Positions 1-8,177 of a stretch of DNA of 64,000 nt are shown piece after piece. Within the stretch, counting starts at the first letter, position 1, and every line of letters starts with the position of its first letter. A program made the translations under genes and the position numbers. The notes under the pieces were generated by a model. The model made no database searches. It saw only the letters and a program-made list of their open reading frames with translations, and was not told where the DNA came from. Where the stretch lies: positions 107,237 to 171,236 of the forward strand of contig CAZIAP010000002.1 of NCBI GenBank assembly GCA_964537315.1, in the 5' to 3' direction. Source of the stretch: an uncultured Gammaproteobacteria bacterium. GTDB taxonomy: Bacteria > Patescibacteriota > Microgenomatia > Levybacterales > GWA1-39-11.

Positions 1-360
1 GTGTATTACGCGTGGTTTGCGGCATGCGGATTGATTTTGCTTGCAGCTGCAGTACTTGGAAACTATTTCTCAATAATCTTTCTTTTGTTATTTACCTTCA
101 ACTACCGGATTATTAAACTTGTTTTTGAAGGTCGAGTACAAGATCAGATTCCTACCTCAGTGCGAGCTACTGTGTCATCAGTAAATGGTTTTGCGATGGA
201 GACAAGTGCGATAACTATGTTTTTTCTATTTGGATTGATAGTGGGAGAAGGAGAATATCAAACAGGATTCTTCTTTGTAGCGTTCACTATGATTTTAATT
301 GGGTCGCTATATTTAGTACAACGTTTAGTTCGTACTAAAATAATTACATCAAGAGATTGA
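1..360 (+). CDS. Partial (5' truncated by window edge) C-terminal part of a polytopic membrane protein
   Basis: ORF is open from base 1 and stops at 360. The translation is dominated by hydrophobic helices (AWFAACGLILLAAAVLG, IIFLLLFTF, ITMFFLFGLIVG, FFFVAFTMILIGSLYLV). No family is recognisable. Confidence 0.4.
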   Translation: MYYAWFAACGLILLAAAVLGNYFSIIFLLLFTFNYRIIKLVFEGRVQDQIPTSVRATVSSVNGFAMETSAITMFFLFGLIVGEGEYQTGFFFVAFTMILIGSLYLVQRLVRTKIITSRD

Positions 361-398
361 CTGTGTATGATTGATAGCGTAAAATAAGTTCCACACCT

Positions 399-482
399 GG
401 AGAGTTGGCCGAGCGGTTTATGGCGCTAGTCTTGAAAACTAGTGGGAGCAATCCCTCACAGGTTCGAATCCTGTACTCTCCG
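399..482 (+). tRNA. tRNA-Ser (anticodon UGA)
   Basis: Cloverleaf read directly. Acceptor stem GGAGAGT/ACTCTCC, anticodon stem CTAGT/ACTAG with 7-nt loop CTTGAAA (anticodon TGA), long variable arm GGGAGCAATCCCTC (class II, Ser-type). T-arm ACAGG-TTCGAAT-CCTGT, discriminator G. CCA not fully encoded (GCCT). Confidence 0.8.
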
Positions 483-560
483 CCTCATTTTGATTTCTTT
501 GCTTTCTCTTACACTTTTATCTCCCCCCTCTTACTATAAGCCGCTATATTAATGCGAAAC

Positions 561-1640
561 ATGAAAATCGCGCAGATCGCACCTTTAAGCGAGCGGGTGC
601 CCCCTCCTAAGTACGGAGGCACAGAGAGAGTTGTTTACGAACTCACAGAAGGATTAGTAAAAAGAGGACACGACGTTACTTTGTTTGCAAGCGGTAACTC
701 CAAGACTTCTGCTCAATTATACTCCTTACTCCCTAAGTCAATTAGAGAACTTAACCTAAAAAATCCCTATGGACTAAATGAATGGAATATCCTTAATGTA
801 GGCGTAGCATATGCGCACCAGAGTGAATTTGATATTATTCACGATCATAATTACGTGATTAGTATGCCAACTGCTAATCTTTCACGAACTTCGGTTATCC
901 ATACTGTACACGGATGTTTTCATGAAGATAATATCCCGTTGTACTCCATTTTAAATCGGGTTAATCTGGTAACGATTTCCAAAAAACAAGAAGAAATGGG
1001 TAAAGGATTGAATATTATTGGCACGGTGTATAACGGTTTGTCGATGGACCATTATCCGTTTAGCCGAGAACATGATGGGTATCTGCTGGTGATTGCTCGT
1101 ATCTCAGAGGAAAAAGGAATTCACTACGCAATTGATGTGGCTGAGGCACTAGATCTTCCATTAATAATAGGTGGAAGGATTAGTACGAATGAGTATAAGT
1201 ATTTTACCGAGCAGATAAAACCTCGTCTTTCAGGAAAAATAAAGTGGGTAGGAGAAGTAAATGAAAAAGACAGAAATGTTCTTATGAGTAAGGCGATGTG
1301 TATGCTTCATCCGGTAACTTGGCCTGAGCCGTTTGGACTCACAATGATAGAGGCAATGGCGTGTGGTTGTCCTGTAGTTGCGTTAAACCAAGGATCTATA
1401 TCAGAAGTGATTGCTGACGGGAGAACAGGGTTTGTAGTAAATAGTGTGGAAGGAATGACATATGCAGTTAAACGTATACACGAGATAAGAAGGACAGCTT
1501 GTCGTGCTTATGCCTTAGATAAGTTTAACGCGCAGACTATGGTTGACTCATATGAAAGGATATATCAAAATATCCTTCTTTCTCCTTCTTCATTCAAATC
1601 TTCACGTTCCTCTACTTCATCAAAAGTTCGCAAAATGTAA
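561..1640 (+). CDS. GT4-family (GT-B fold) glycosyltransferase
   Basis: N-terminus MKIAQIAPLSERVPPPKYGGTERVV is typical of GT4 enzymes. The C-terminal E-x7-E region EPFGLTMIEAMACGCPVVA is the GT1/GT4 nucleotide-sugar binding signature. The likely true start is the ATG at 561; the ORF track opens at 552. Confidence 0.75.
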   Translation: MKIAQIAPLSERVPPPKYGGTERVVYELTEGLVKRGHDVTLFASGNSKTSAQLYSLLPKSIRELNLKNPYGLNEWNILNVGVAYAHQSEFDIIHDHNYVISMPTANLSRTSVIHTVHGCFHEDNIPLYSILNRVNLVTISKKQEEMGKGLNIIGTVYNGLSMDHYPFSREHDGYLLVIARISEEKGIHYAIDVAEALDLPLIIGGRISTNEYKYFTEQIKPRLSGKIKWVGEVNEKDRNVLMSKAMCMLHPVTWPEPFGLTMIEAMACGCPVVALNQGSISEVIADGRTGFVVNSVEGMTYAVKRIHEIRRTACRAYALDKFNAQTMVDSYERIYQNILLSPSSFKSSRSSTSSKVRKM

Positions 1641-1649
1641 TAAAAAAGA

Positions 1650-3002
1650 ATGCTCGCTTGCCTACTTTTAAAAAAAGTTGGTATAGTAGTTCTCATGCCT
1701 GAGAATTTATTAGAAAATCACATTGAGTTACTTCGTGGTCATTTGCGTGATCTATCGACAGAAATTGGTATAAATGCTTCTGGACGTGATGAAGTGTACG
1801 GTTGTCTTTTTGGTCGTGATAGCGCTCTGACAATTTTACAGATTTTACAGTCTGTAGACAGAGATTCCGTCTCGTCGGATCAAGATGCTCTTGAATTACT
1901 TAGTATCTGTGAGAAGACGCTACTTACCCTTGTTGATTTACAAGGGCAGACCATTAATTTGGAAAGCGGTGAAGAACCTGGCAAGTTTATACATGAGTAT
2001 CGTACTGAGAAATATGAAAGACTCCTTACCCTACCTAAACCCTGGTATGTATATCCTGATGGTGTTTTAAGAAACTATGACTCTGTTGATTCCACTCCAT
2101 TGGTATTATTAGCAATGTTTCGGTATTATCAAGTCACGAAAAATGATCAATTTTTGCTAAAAGTATTGCCTGCGGTAGAGAAAGGATTAAACTGGATAGT
2201 AACTTACGGTGATCGTGACAAAGATAAACTGTTGGAATATGAACTTCCAGTAACGCGAAAAAGCGGAGGTTTACAAGTTCAGTCATGGACAGATTCAATT
2301 GAGTCTATACTACAGACAGATGGTACTATGCCTCCTTATCCCATCGCTCCTGTGGAAGTACAAGGTTATGCTTGGCTTGCACTACAGACCTGGGGTCGTT
2401 GGTATTCTGAACAATCTTCGCCTGCGCATCATCAGTTCGGACAGCAACTGTTCGCTGACGCGTACCAGCTAAAAGAAAAATTTAATAAAACATTTTTAAT
2501 GGAAGATCAAATTGGACTTTTTCCAGTACAAGCGCTTGATGGGAATAAAAATAAAATAAAAACACTTACAGGAAACTCATTGCTATTGTTGTGGGCGACA
2601 GATATGGTTACAGGAGAATGTATTTTAGAGACAGAACACATTGAACCTTTAGTAAATCGCTCCTTTATGCCTGATTTGTTTGATCCAAGTGCCGGAATAA
2701 GAACTATGAGTATGCTTTCTCCTACCTATAATCCTGGAAGGGACTCATATCACAATGGAAGCTTTTGGCCGGTGCTAAACGGTTTGATATATGAAGGACT
2801 TAGAGTTCAAGGTTTTGATAAAATGGCCAAGTCGCTTAAAGATGCTTCGCTTAAGCCTTATCATTTTTTCCAGCTTCCTATAGAGTTATATGTAAAAGAA
2901 GATGACGGAACATACGCAGAGTTTTGCGGTTCTAACGGACAGAGAAGTTGTAAAGTTCAAGCCTGGTCTGCGGCCGCATTTCTTCACATGCTTACCTCAT
3001 AA
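1650..3002 (+). CDS. Amylo-alpha-1,6-glucosidase / glycogen-debranching-enzyme C-terminal-domain family (six-hairpin glycosidase) protein
   Basis: Motifs GCLFGRDSALTILQIL and YHNGSFWPVLNGL are characteristic of the GDE_C / GH63-like (alpha/alpha)6 glycosidase fold. Family assignment is from motif recall only. Confidence 0.55.
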   Translation: MLACLLLKKVGIVVLMPENLLENHIELLRGHLRDLSTEIGINASGRDEVYGCLFGRDSALTILQILQSVDRDSVSSDQDALELLSICEKTLLTLVDLQGQTINLESGEEPGKFIHEYRTEKYERLLTLPKPWYVYPDGVLRNYDSVDSTPLVLLAMFRYYQVTKNDQFLLKVLPAVEKGLNWIVTYGDRDKDKLLEYELPVTRKSGGLQVQSWTDSIESILQTDGTMPPYPIAPVEVQGYAWLALQTWGRWYSEQSSPAHHQFGQQLFADAYQLKEKFNKTFLMEDQIGLFPVQALDGNKNKIKTLTGNSLLLLWATDMVTGECILETEHIEPLVNRSFMPDLFDPSAGIRTMSMLSPTYNPGRDSYHNGSFWPVLNGLIYEGLRVQGFDKMAKSLKDASLKPYHFFQLPIELYVKEDDGTYAEFCGSNGQRSCKVQAWSAAAFLHMLTS

Positions 3003-3776
3003 AGACTCATCTGGGGTAATTAAATTATTCTCATACAAATGCATAATCTCTGCCATTGTCGAAGCGCCATCGTGGGTAAATTCGTTAATATTTATTATGG
3101 AACCTCGATCTAAGTAATTTTCGTATTTAGAGCTCTTTGTTACAGATATATCAGAAGGTTCGGGTTTTACACTAATCATAAATTTACTACTATCTAGATG
3201 TATTTTTCCCTCAATCGGCGTGTATAAAACAGGTTCAAGTTCATCTGAATAAAGTAATTCTTCTAGTTTAATATTCAATGAGCGATTAGAAGGTGAGTTG
3301 GTTTTGTTATATGCAATTGTTGCTCTTCCTTTATATGTTTTGAATACTTTTCTAATTAACTCGTCTCCATTGTTTAAAGGGATTGGTTTAATGTTTTCCT
3401 TTTCTAGATGTTTAACAGTATTTTGAGCTGCATTAGATAAAAGCTCAGACATAGTCACAACATCATTTTCTTGTGTGAGATCAAACTCCGGCATAAAAAT
3501 GAATGGCTGAGGCGTTAATAAATATTCTTTATCTTTTACTAAGATGGACTCGAAGTTATCTGGTCTAGTTAGATTATCATTGTTAACTCTCCATTTAATA
3601 AACTCAAGTCTGTTAAGTTCTCCCGAGTCGAACATTTCTACGTACGGATACCGTTGTCTGACATCAATTAGTTGTTTAATCTGATCAGGTTTTATGCCTT
3701 GAAGCTTTAAAGTCTCTTCTGTTTGATATTTGGGTTTAGGTAGTATTTTTCGAAGTTGAGGGACGCGTTCTATCAT
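2997..3776 (-). CDS. Hypothetical protein (no recognisable domain)
   Basis: Clean 259-aa ORF convergent with the upstream glycosidase gene. Charged and hydrophilic, with no motifs recognised. Confidence 0.45.
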   Translation of the reverse strand: MIERVPQLRKILPKPKYQTEETLKLQGIKPDQIKQLIDVRQRYPYVEMFDSGELNRLEFIKWRVNNDNLTRPDNFESILVKDKEYLLTPQPFIFMPEFDLTQENDVVTMSELLSNAAQNTVKHLEKENIKPIPLNNGDELIRKVFKTYKGRATIAYNKTNSPSNRSLNIKLEELLYSDELEPVLYTPIEGKIHLDSSKFMISVKPEPSDISVTKSSKYENYLDRGSIININEFTHDGASTMAEIMHLYENNLITPDESL

Positions 3777-3851
3777 TTTTTTAAAATTATAGCATGCTTA
3801 TAACCTATGGAACGAGTTTTTTTAATCAATAGGTTTTGCTACACTAGTTAT

Positions 3852-4724
3852 ATGTCACAAAATGGTGTAGTTACTGTTGTGAAAAAAAATGGCGAACGTG
3901 AACCGTTTTCAGAAGAAAAAGTCATAAGATCGATGAAAAGGATTGGTCTTGACGATAGGCTACAGGAACAGGTATTAGAAGATCTTAAACCTAAACTTCA
4001 CGAGGATATTGAGACTGTAGAGATATATTCTCACATAAAAGATTATCTTGATAAAAACGATAGAAAAGCGTCAATCCGATTTAACCTTAAACAAGCAATA
4101 TTTGACCTTGGTCCGACAGGTTTTCCGTTTGAGAGGTACATGCAGAGGATCTTTGAGGGTTTGGGATATCAGACAAAAGTTGGTGAGATAGTTCAAGGCG
4201 CGTGTGTGACGCATGAAATTGATCTACAGATTGAAAAAGAGGGTAAGAGAGAGATTATTGAAGCAAAATTTCATAATCAACAAGGGGTAAAAACAGATGT
4301 GCAAGTGTTGCTATATACATACGCCAGATTCTTGGATGTCAAGGAAGTAAGCCCCGTTGAGCGAGTTTGGATAGTAACAAACACTAAGCTTACCGTAGAT
4401 GCAAGTAAATATGCAAAGTGCAAAGGGGTTAATGTAATCGGTTGGAATTATCCTGAAACAAACAATTTGCAGGATTATGTAGAACAGCCTGAGATGTACC
4501 CAATTACTATTCTCAAAACTTTGTCAAAACAGGAAAAGGAAAGTTTGCTTGCTGGAAATATTATTCTTTGTAGGGACCTGCTAAATACTTCAGACCACGA
4601 ATTGCAGGATAAGTACTTTCTTGACAGGGATACCATCTTTAAGGCTAGAGAAGAGGCTCAGATGATTAGTGAAGAAAAGAATGCATCGGATACAAGCTCA
4701 AACGACTCTACTCCTGTTTCTTAG
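3852..4724 (+). CDS. ATP-cone domain fused to Mrr-like (PD-(D/E)xK) restriction-endonuclease-like domain
   Basis: N-terminus from the ATG at 3852, MSQNGVVTVVKKNGEREPFSEEKVIRSMKRIGL, matches the ATP-cone start (V.KR.G..E.F...KI). The downstream segment FERYMQRIFEGLGYQTKVGE...HEIDLQIEKEGKREIIEAKF resembles the Mrr_cat nuclease core (D...E.K). The ORF track starts 45 nt earlier, at 3807. Confidence 0.5.
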   Translation: MSQNGVVTVVKKNGEREPFSEEKVIRSMKRIGLDDRLQEQVLEDLKPKLHEDIETVEIYSHIKDYLDKNDRKASIRFNLKQAIFDLGPTGFPFERYMQRIFEGLGYQTKVGEIVQGACVTHEIDLQIEKEGKREIIEAKFHNQQGVKTDVQVLLYTYARFLDVKEVSPVERVWIVTNTKLTVDASKYAKCKGVNVIGWNYPETNNLQDYVEQPEMYPITILKTLSKQEKESLLAGNIILCRDLLNTSDHELQDKYFLDRDTIFKAREEAQMISEEKNASDTSSNDSTPVS

Positions 4725-5226
4725 TGAATAACCAAATAACGCTTGCGATACTTTCAAATGCAATCTGGTCATAGGGGATTTTGTTAAAAGCAAAAAATTT
4801 ATAATCTTCTACATCGTCATTCGCCTTTAGATTAGTATCAGATATTTCTCCGGTAAAGAAAGCATTTAAAGTAGGATAAGGCACTTCTTGATAGGTATAA
4901 TTGTCTGCTCCTGAGGAAAAATAGGTGAGGTTTTGAGCAGTAATATTAAGCTCTTCGGAAAGCTCTCTTTGTGTTCCCTCTTCAAGCGTTTCACCTACTT
5001 CAATAAAACCACCGGGAATATCCCAGAGACCTTTTTGAGGTTCAATTTTTCGTTTTACCAGCAGTAAGTGGTTTTGAGAGTTAGTAAGAAGCGCACCGAT
5101 ACATATTTTAGGATTAATGTAGAAGCGATGCTTCTGTCCACAAATAAGAACACTTTTTTCTTGAGTTTTAAATTGGTCACCACAAAGATTGCAGTATTTA
5201 ATAGTTGCTATATATTTACTACTCAT
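4708..5226 (-). CDS. NUDIX hydrolase with N-terminal C4 zinc ribbon (NudC-like architecture)
   Basis: NUDIX box GGFIEVGETLEEGTQRELSEELNI (GX5EX7REUXEEXGU). It is preceded by CNLCG...CGQKH, a Cys4 ribbon. Internal start at 5226 is preferred because it removes a 58-nt head-on overlap with the divergent methyltransferase. Confidence 0.7.
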   Translation of the reverse strand: MSSKYIATIKYCNLCGDQFKTQEKSVLICGQKHRFYINPKICIGALLTNSQNHLLLVKRKIEPQKGLWDIPGGFIEVGETLEEGTQRELSEELNITAQNLTYFSSGADNYTYQEVPYPTLNAFFTGEISDTNLKANDDVEDYKFFAFNKIPYDQIAFESIASVIWLFTKKQE

Positions 5227-5240
5227 AGTACAGTAATACA

Positions 5241-5798
5241 ATGATTGTTGTATATTTTTCACTTGGACTTGTTGTATTACTTCTGGTAATTTTATCATTT
5301 ATTTGGCCTCCTGACAGCCCTTGGTCGCCAAAATGGAGAACAAATCGTGATACTGCTCGTCGTGCTTTAAAGCTTGCGAATGTGACAAAAAAAGATACTG
5401 TATATGAACTTGGGTGTGGAGATGGAGAAGTAGTGTTAATTGCTGCAAAAGACTTTGGAGCACGGGCCACGGGTATTGAGATCGACCCGTTGCGTGCCCT
5501 TATCTCAATCGTTCGAGTAAGGTTAAATAGACTTTCTTCACAAGTTAATATAGTCAGCAATGACTTTAAGCAAATTAACTTAGCAGATGCCACAGTTATT
5601 TATATGTACTTGGTTCCGGCAGGAATGCAGAGATTAATTCCAAAGTTTAAAAAGGAGCTTGCAAATGGGGTGAGGATTATTAGCTATAGATACCAGCTAC
5701 CGTTAGAGAAAAATGAAAAAAACATTCGCTTTGTAAAAGAAGACAAAGAGAAAAAAATTTTTCTGTACAGATTTATTCAAAACAGCGGAAAAAATTAA
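5241..5798 (+). CDS. Class I SAM-dependent methyltransferase with N-terminal membrane anchor
   Basis: Motif I VYELGCGDGEVVLIAAKDFGARATGIEIDP (E/DxGxGxG plus an acidic residue ending beta2). The N-terminal segment FSLGLVVLLLVILSFIW is hydrophobic. Confidence 0.6.
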   Translation: MIVVYFSLGLVVLLLVILSFIWPPDSPWSPKWRTNRDTARRALKLANVTKKDTVYELGCGDGEVVLIAAKDFGARATGIEIDPLRALISIVRVRLNRLSSQVNIVSNDFKQINLADATVIYMYLVPAGMQRLIPKFKKELANGVRIISYRYQLPLEKNEKNIRFVKEDKEKKIFLYRFIQNSGKN

Positions 5799-7152
5799 GC
5801 CTATTTGCGACTCCTTCTGCATAAATCGGATGACTATATGCTAGAGTACAGCGCTCTTGTATAATCTCTCTTACGACTATTTCATCTAATACTGTATCTT
5901 CAATTTTGTACTGAGGGAAGGAAACTCCATGAACAACTACCAGTGCTTTTTTAGCGATCGCTTGGTTTGTCATTTCCTCTGCACTCAGTATTCCTTTCCT
6001 AAAAATATTGGCATTGGTGTCTATTGTATCGTTGAGTAACGGAGTATCTGAGAGAAAGGCAAGGGCTGGAGCAATATCGTTGCTTCCGTAAATATAATTA
6101 GCATGCTGAGATCGGACTTGCCGTACAAGTAATTCTTTCTGTTGTAAAGTCTGTAGTGATCGAAAGCTAGATATATATATCCAAAGATTAATTATGATGA
6201 TAACTCCAATAAGAGATGGTATTACCATTTTTTGTAGTGAGAGTTTTTTTTCTATAGCGGAAAAATATATGGGTAAGGAAACTACAAGAAAGGGAACAGT
6301 AAAGTTTAAATAAAGATAATAAATATCTTGGTATAAGATGATAAATATGAGTGAAAAAGCGGAAAACAGAGAGAATAATAAATACTTTCTAAATAGAAGC
6401 AGATTAGTAATTAACAAGGCAAAAAGTATTAGATCACGAAATATAAAAAACTGAAAAACCTCAAATTTACTTGTACCTGCACCCCTGGTAAGTGAATAAA
6501 GAAAAACATTATCAATCAATCCTTCTCGCGCAAAGATCAAAAAAGGACTGAGTATTAGTATAGATGCTGTAATACCTCCAACAATAAACTTGTATAAGTG
6601 CTTTTTTTGTTTAAGAAGCAAAAAGCAACCATAAGTGAGTGCAATAGGTAGAAAATAAGCTTTGGTGAGAATGGCAACTGCGGTAAAAATACCGGTTAAA
6701 AAGTATTTATTACGCTGGAAAAAAAAGTATGATAATACGGTGAATAATGAGGCAGAAAATACTCCTGATTGATGATCTGAAGTTGCAAGAACGATAAATG
6801 AGAAGAGATATATCACTTGACTGCTCAAAGCATACAATCTTCGTTTCCACTGTTTATAAACTACTGCATAGATAAAAACTGAGGTGAGTGCAATTTCAAG
6901 TACTGCCGAAAAATAATAAAAATTAAGATTATTGCTAGATACAAGCAAGTAGAGGGATGAAAGATAAGGGAATACAGGAAAGTTCGTAAAGAAGATATCA
7001 TTGTATAAGATTTGTCCTTCTAGAAGCTTATATGCAGTATAAAAATAAACATTAGTGTCAGATAGACGAAGTGTGGTGCTGGTAAGTTTTAAAATGATAA
7101 ACGGGAGTGGGATCAGAAGACTTATCCAATTATAACGAAGGAACTGACTCAT
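5773..7152 (-). CDS. Polytopic membrane protein, putative GT-C-fold glycosyltransferase
   Basis: At least 10 predicted TM helices plus a C-terminal soluble domain. It is co-directional with, and overlaps by 4 bp, the FemAB gene. No DE-loop motif is seen, so family assignment is weak. Confidence 0.4.
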   Translation of the reverse strand: MSQFLRYNWISLLIPLPFIILKLTSTTLRLSDTNVYFYTAYKLLEGQILYNDIFFTNFPVFPYLSSLYLLVSSNNLNFYYFSAVLEIALTSVFIYAVVYKQWKRRLYALSSQVIYLFSFIVLATSDHQSGVFSASLFTVLSYFFFQRNKYFLTGIFTAVAILTKAYFLPIALTYGCFLLLKQKKHLYKFIVGGITASILILSPFLIFAREGLIDNVFLYSLTRGAGTSKFEVFQFFIFRDLILFALLITNLLLFRKYLLFSLFSAFSLIFIILYQDIYYLYLNFTVPFLVVSLPIYFSAIEKKLSLQKMVIPSLIGVIIIINLWIYISSFRSLQTLQQKELLVRQVRSQHANYIYGSNDIAPALAFLSDTPLLNDTIDTNANIFRKGILSAEEMTNQAIAKKALVVVHGVSFPQYKIEDTVLDEIVVREIIQERCTLAYSHPIYAEGVANRLNFFRCFE

Positions 7153-8177
7153 GGTTGAAAATATTTTTTAAGTCGAAGTAGAGACCATCGGACAACATCT
7201 GCTCCTTGATAGATTTTATATAATGCAGGGTTCAGTACAAAATCATAGCTTCCCACATACTCTGTGAGTTTAGCTCCGTAGTTATGTTTAAATCGATGAA
7301 AACCATACCAGGGGTCTGATGGATTGGGGTCAGGTCCCAGTGCTCCCCACATGTCGAATTTTGCAAACCCGTATTTTTTTCCAAAACGGATTGCTTCCCA
7401 CATGATTAGATTTGAAGCCATTTTATCCCTATGCGTAGACGAAGATGCCCCATACGGATAATAGAGTGTGTCTTTAAAAGCAAAGAGAATCCATGCTGCA
7501 AGTGTTTCTTTATTATATTTTGCAGTTAACAAATGAGAACTTAAGGTGTCAGTACTTACTTTATGCGGAAGTGTTTCCCATTGAAGATTGTGATATCGAT
7601 GAGTGTGGGCATAGAACTTCTGACGATTTGTAGTCTCATCAGTAAGTGAGAGATAAGTCTTAAATGCCTCGTCTGTACTCTCTTCTGCTACTTCTACACC
7701 TTTGCGTTGCGCAACTCGAATATTATAACGGGTTTTGTGGTGCATAGCAGATAGCAAATCTTCTTCACTCTTTGATATATCAAGAATAAAAGTGTACTTG
7801 GTAAATAAAGGATGGTGGGAAGGACGAAGTCCTAGTTTTGAACTGAGAGTTGTAAACTTCGTGTCTTGTACTATGTTAGGTTCGAACTGGATAAAAATAC
7901 ATTTATTTTCTTTTCCGATCTGTTCAAGGGCTTTTAACATCTCTTTTGTTGGGGATTGTCCTTTTGGCAGATATCCAATGGTAAAAGGAGTTTTCGGTAC
8001 GGGGTGAAGCGTCAGCGTAAATGCTTGTGTCAGCTTGCCACTTTCTTCAATTCCTTGTCGTATGACTTTAACTCCTGTTTTTTCTCGAAACTCTCCCCAC
8101 TCATACGACTGAAGAGGATGAGTAACTAGCTTATTGTAATCTTCACGTTGTTTTTCAGTTATATTTAGTGTTTTCAT
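7149..8177 (-). CDS. FemAB-family aminoacyltransferase (peptidoglycan cross-bridge formation)
   Basis: N-terminus F(L)QSYEWGEFREKTGVKVIRQG matches the FemAB/FemX opening motif. Size is 342 aa. Sits in an envelope gene context. Confidence 0.55.
   Translation of the reverse strand: MKTLNITEKQREDYNKLVTHPLQSYEWGEFREKTGVKVIRQGIEESGKLTQAFTLTLHPVPKTPFTIGYLPKGQSPTKEMLKALEQIGKENKCIFIQFEPNIVQDTKFTTLSSKLGLRPSHHPLFTKYTFILDISKSEEDLLSAMHHKTRYNIRVAQRKGVEVAEESTDEAFKTYLSLTDETTNRQKFYAHTHRYHNLQWETLPHKVSTDTLSSHLLTAKYNKETLAAWILFAFKDTLYYPYGASSSTHRDKMASNLIMWEAIRFGKKYGFAKFDMWGALGPDPNPSDPWYGFHRFKHNYGAKLTEYVGSYDFVLNPALYKIYQGADVVRWSLLRLKKYFQP

Noticed and set aside
361-398. Sigma70 promoter for the tRNA (TTGATA ... 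TAAAAT)
   Set aside because: The spacing between the candidate -35 and -10 is only 3 nt, so it is not a functional arrangement.
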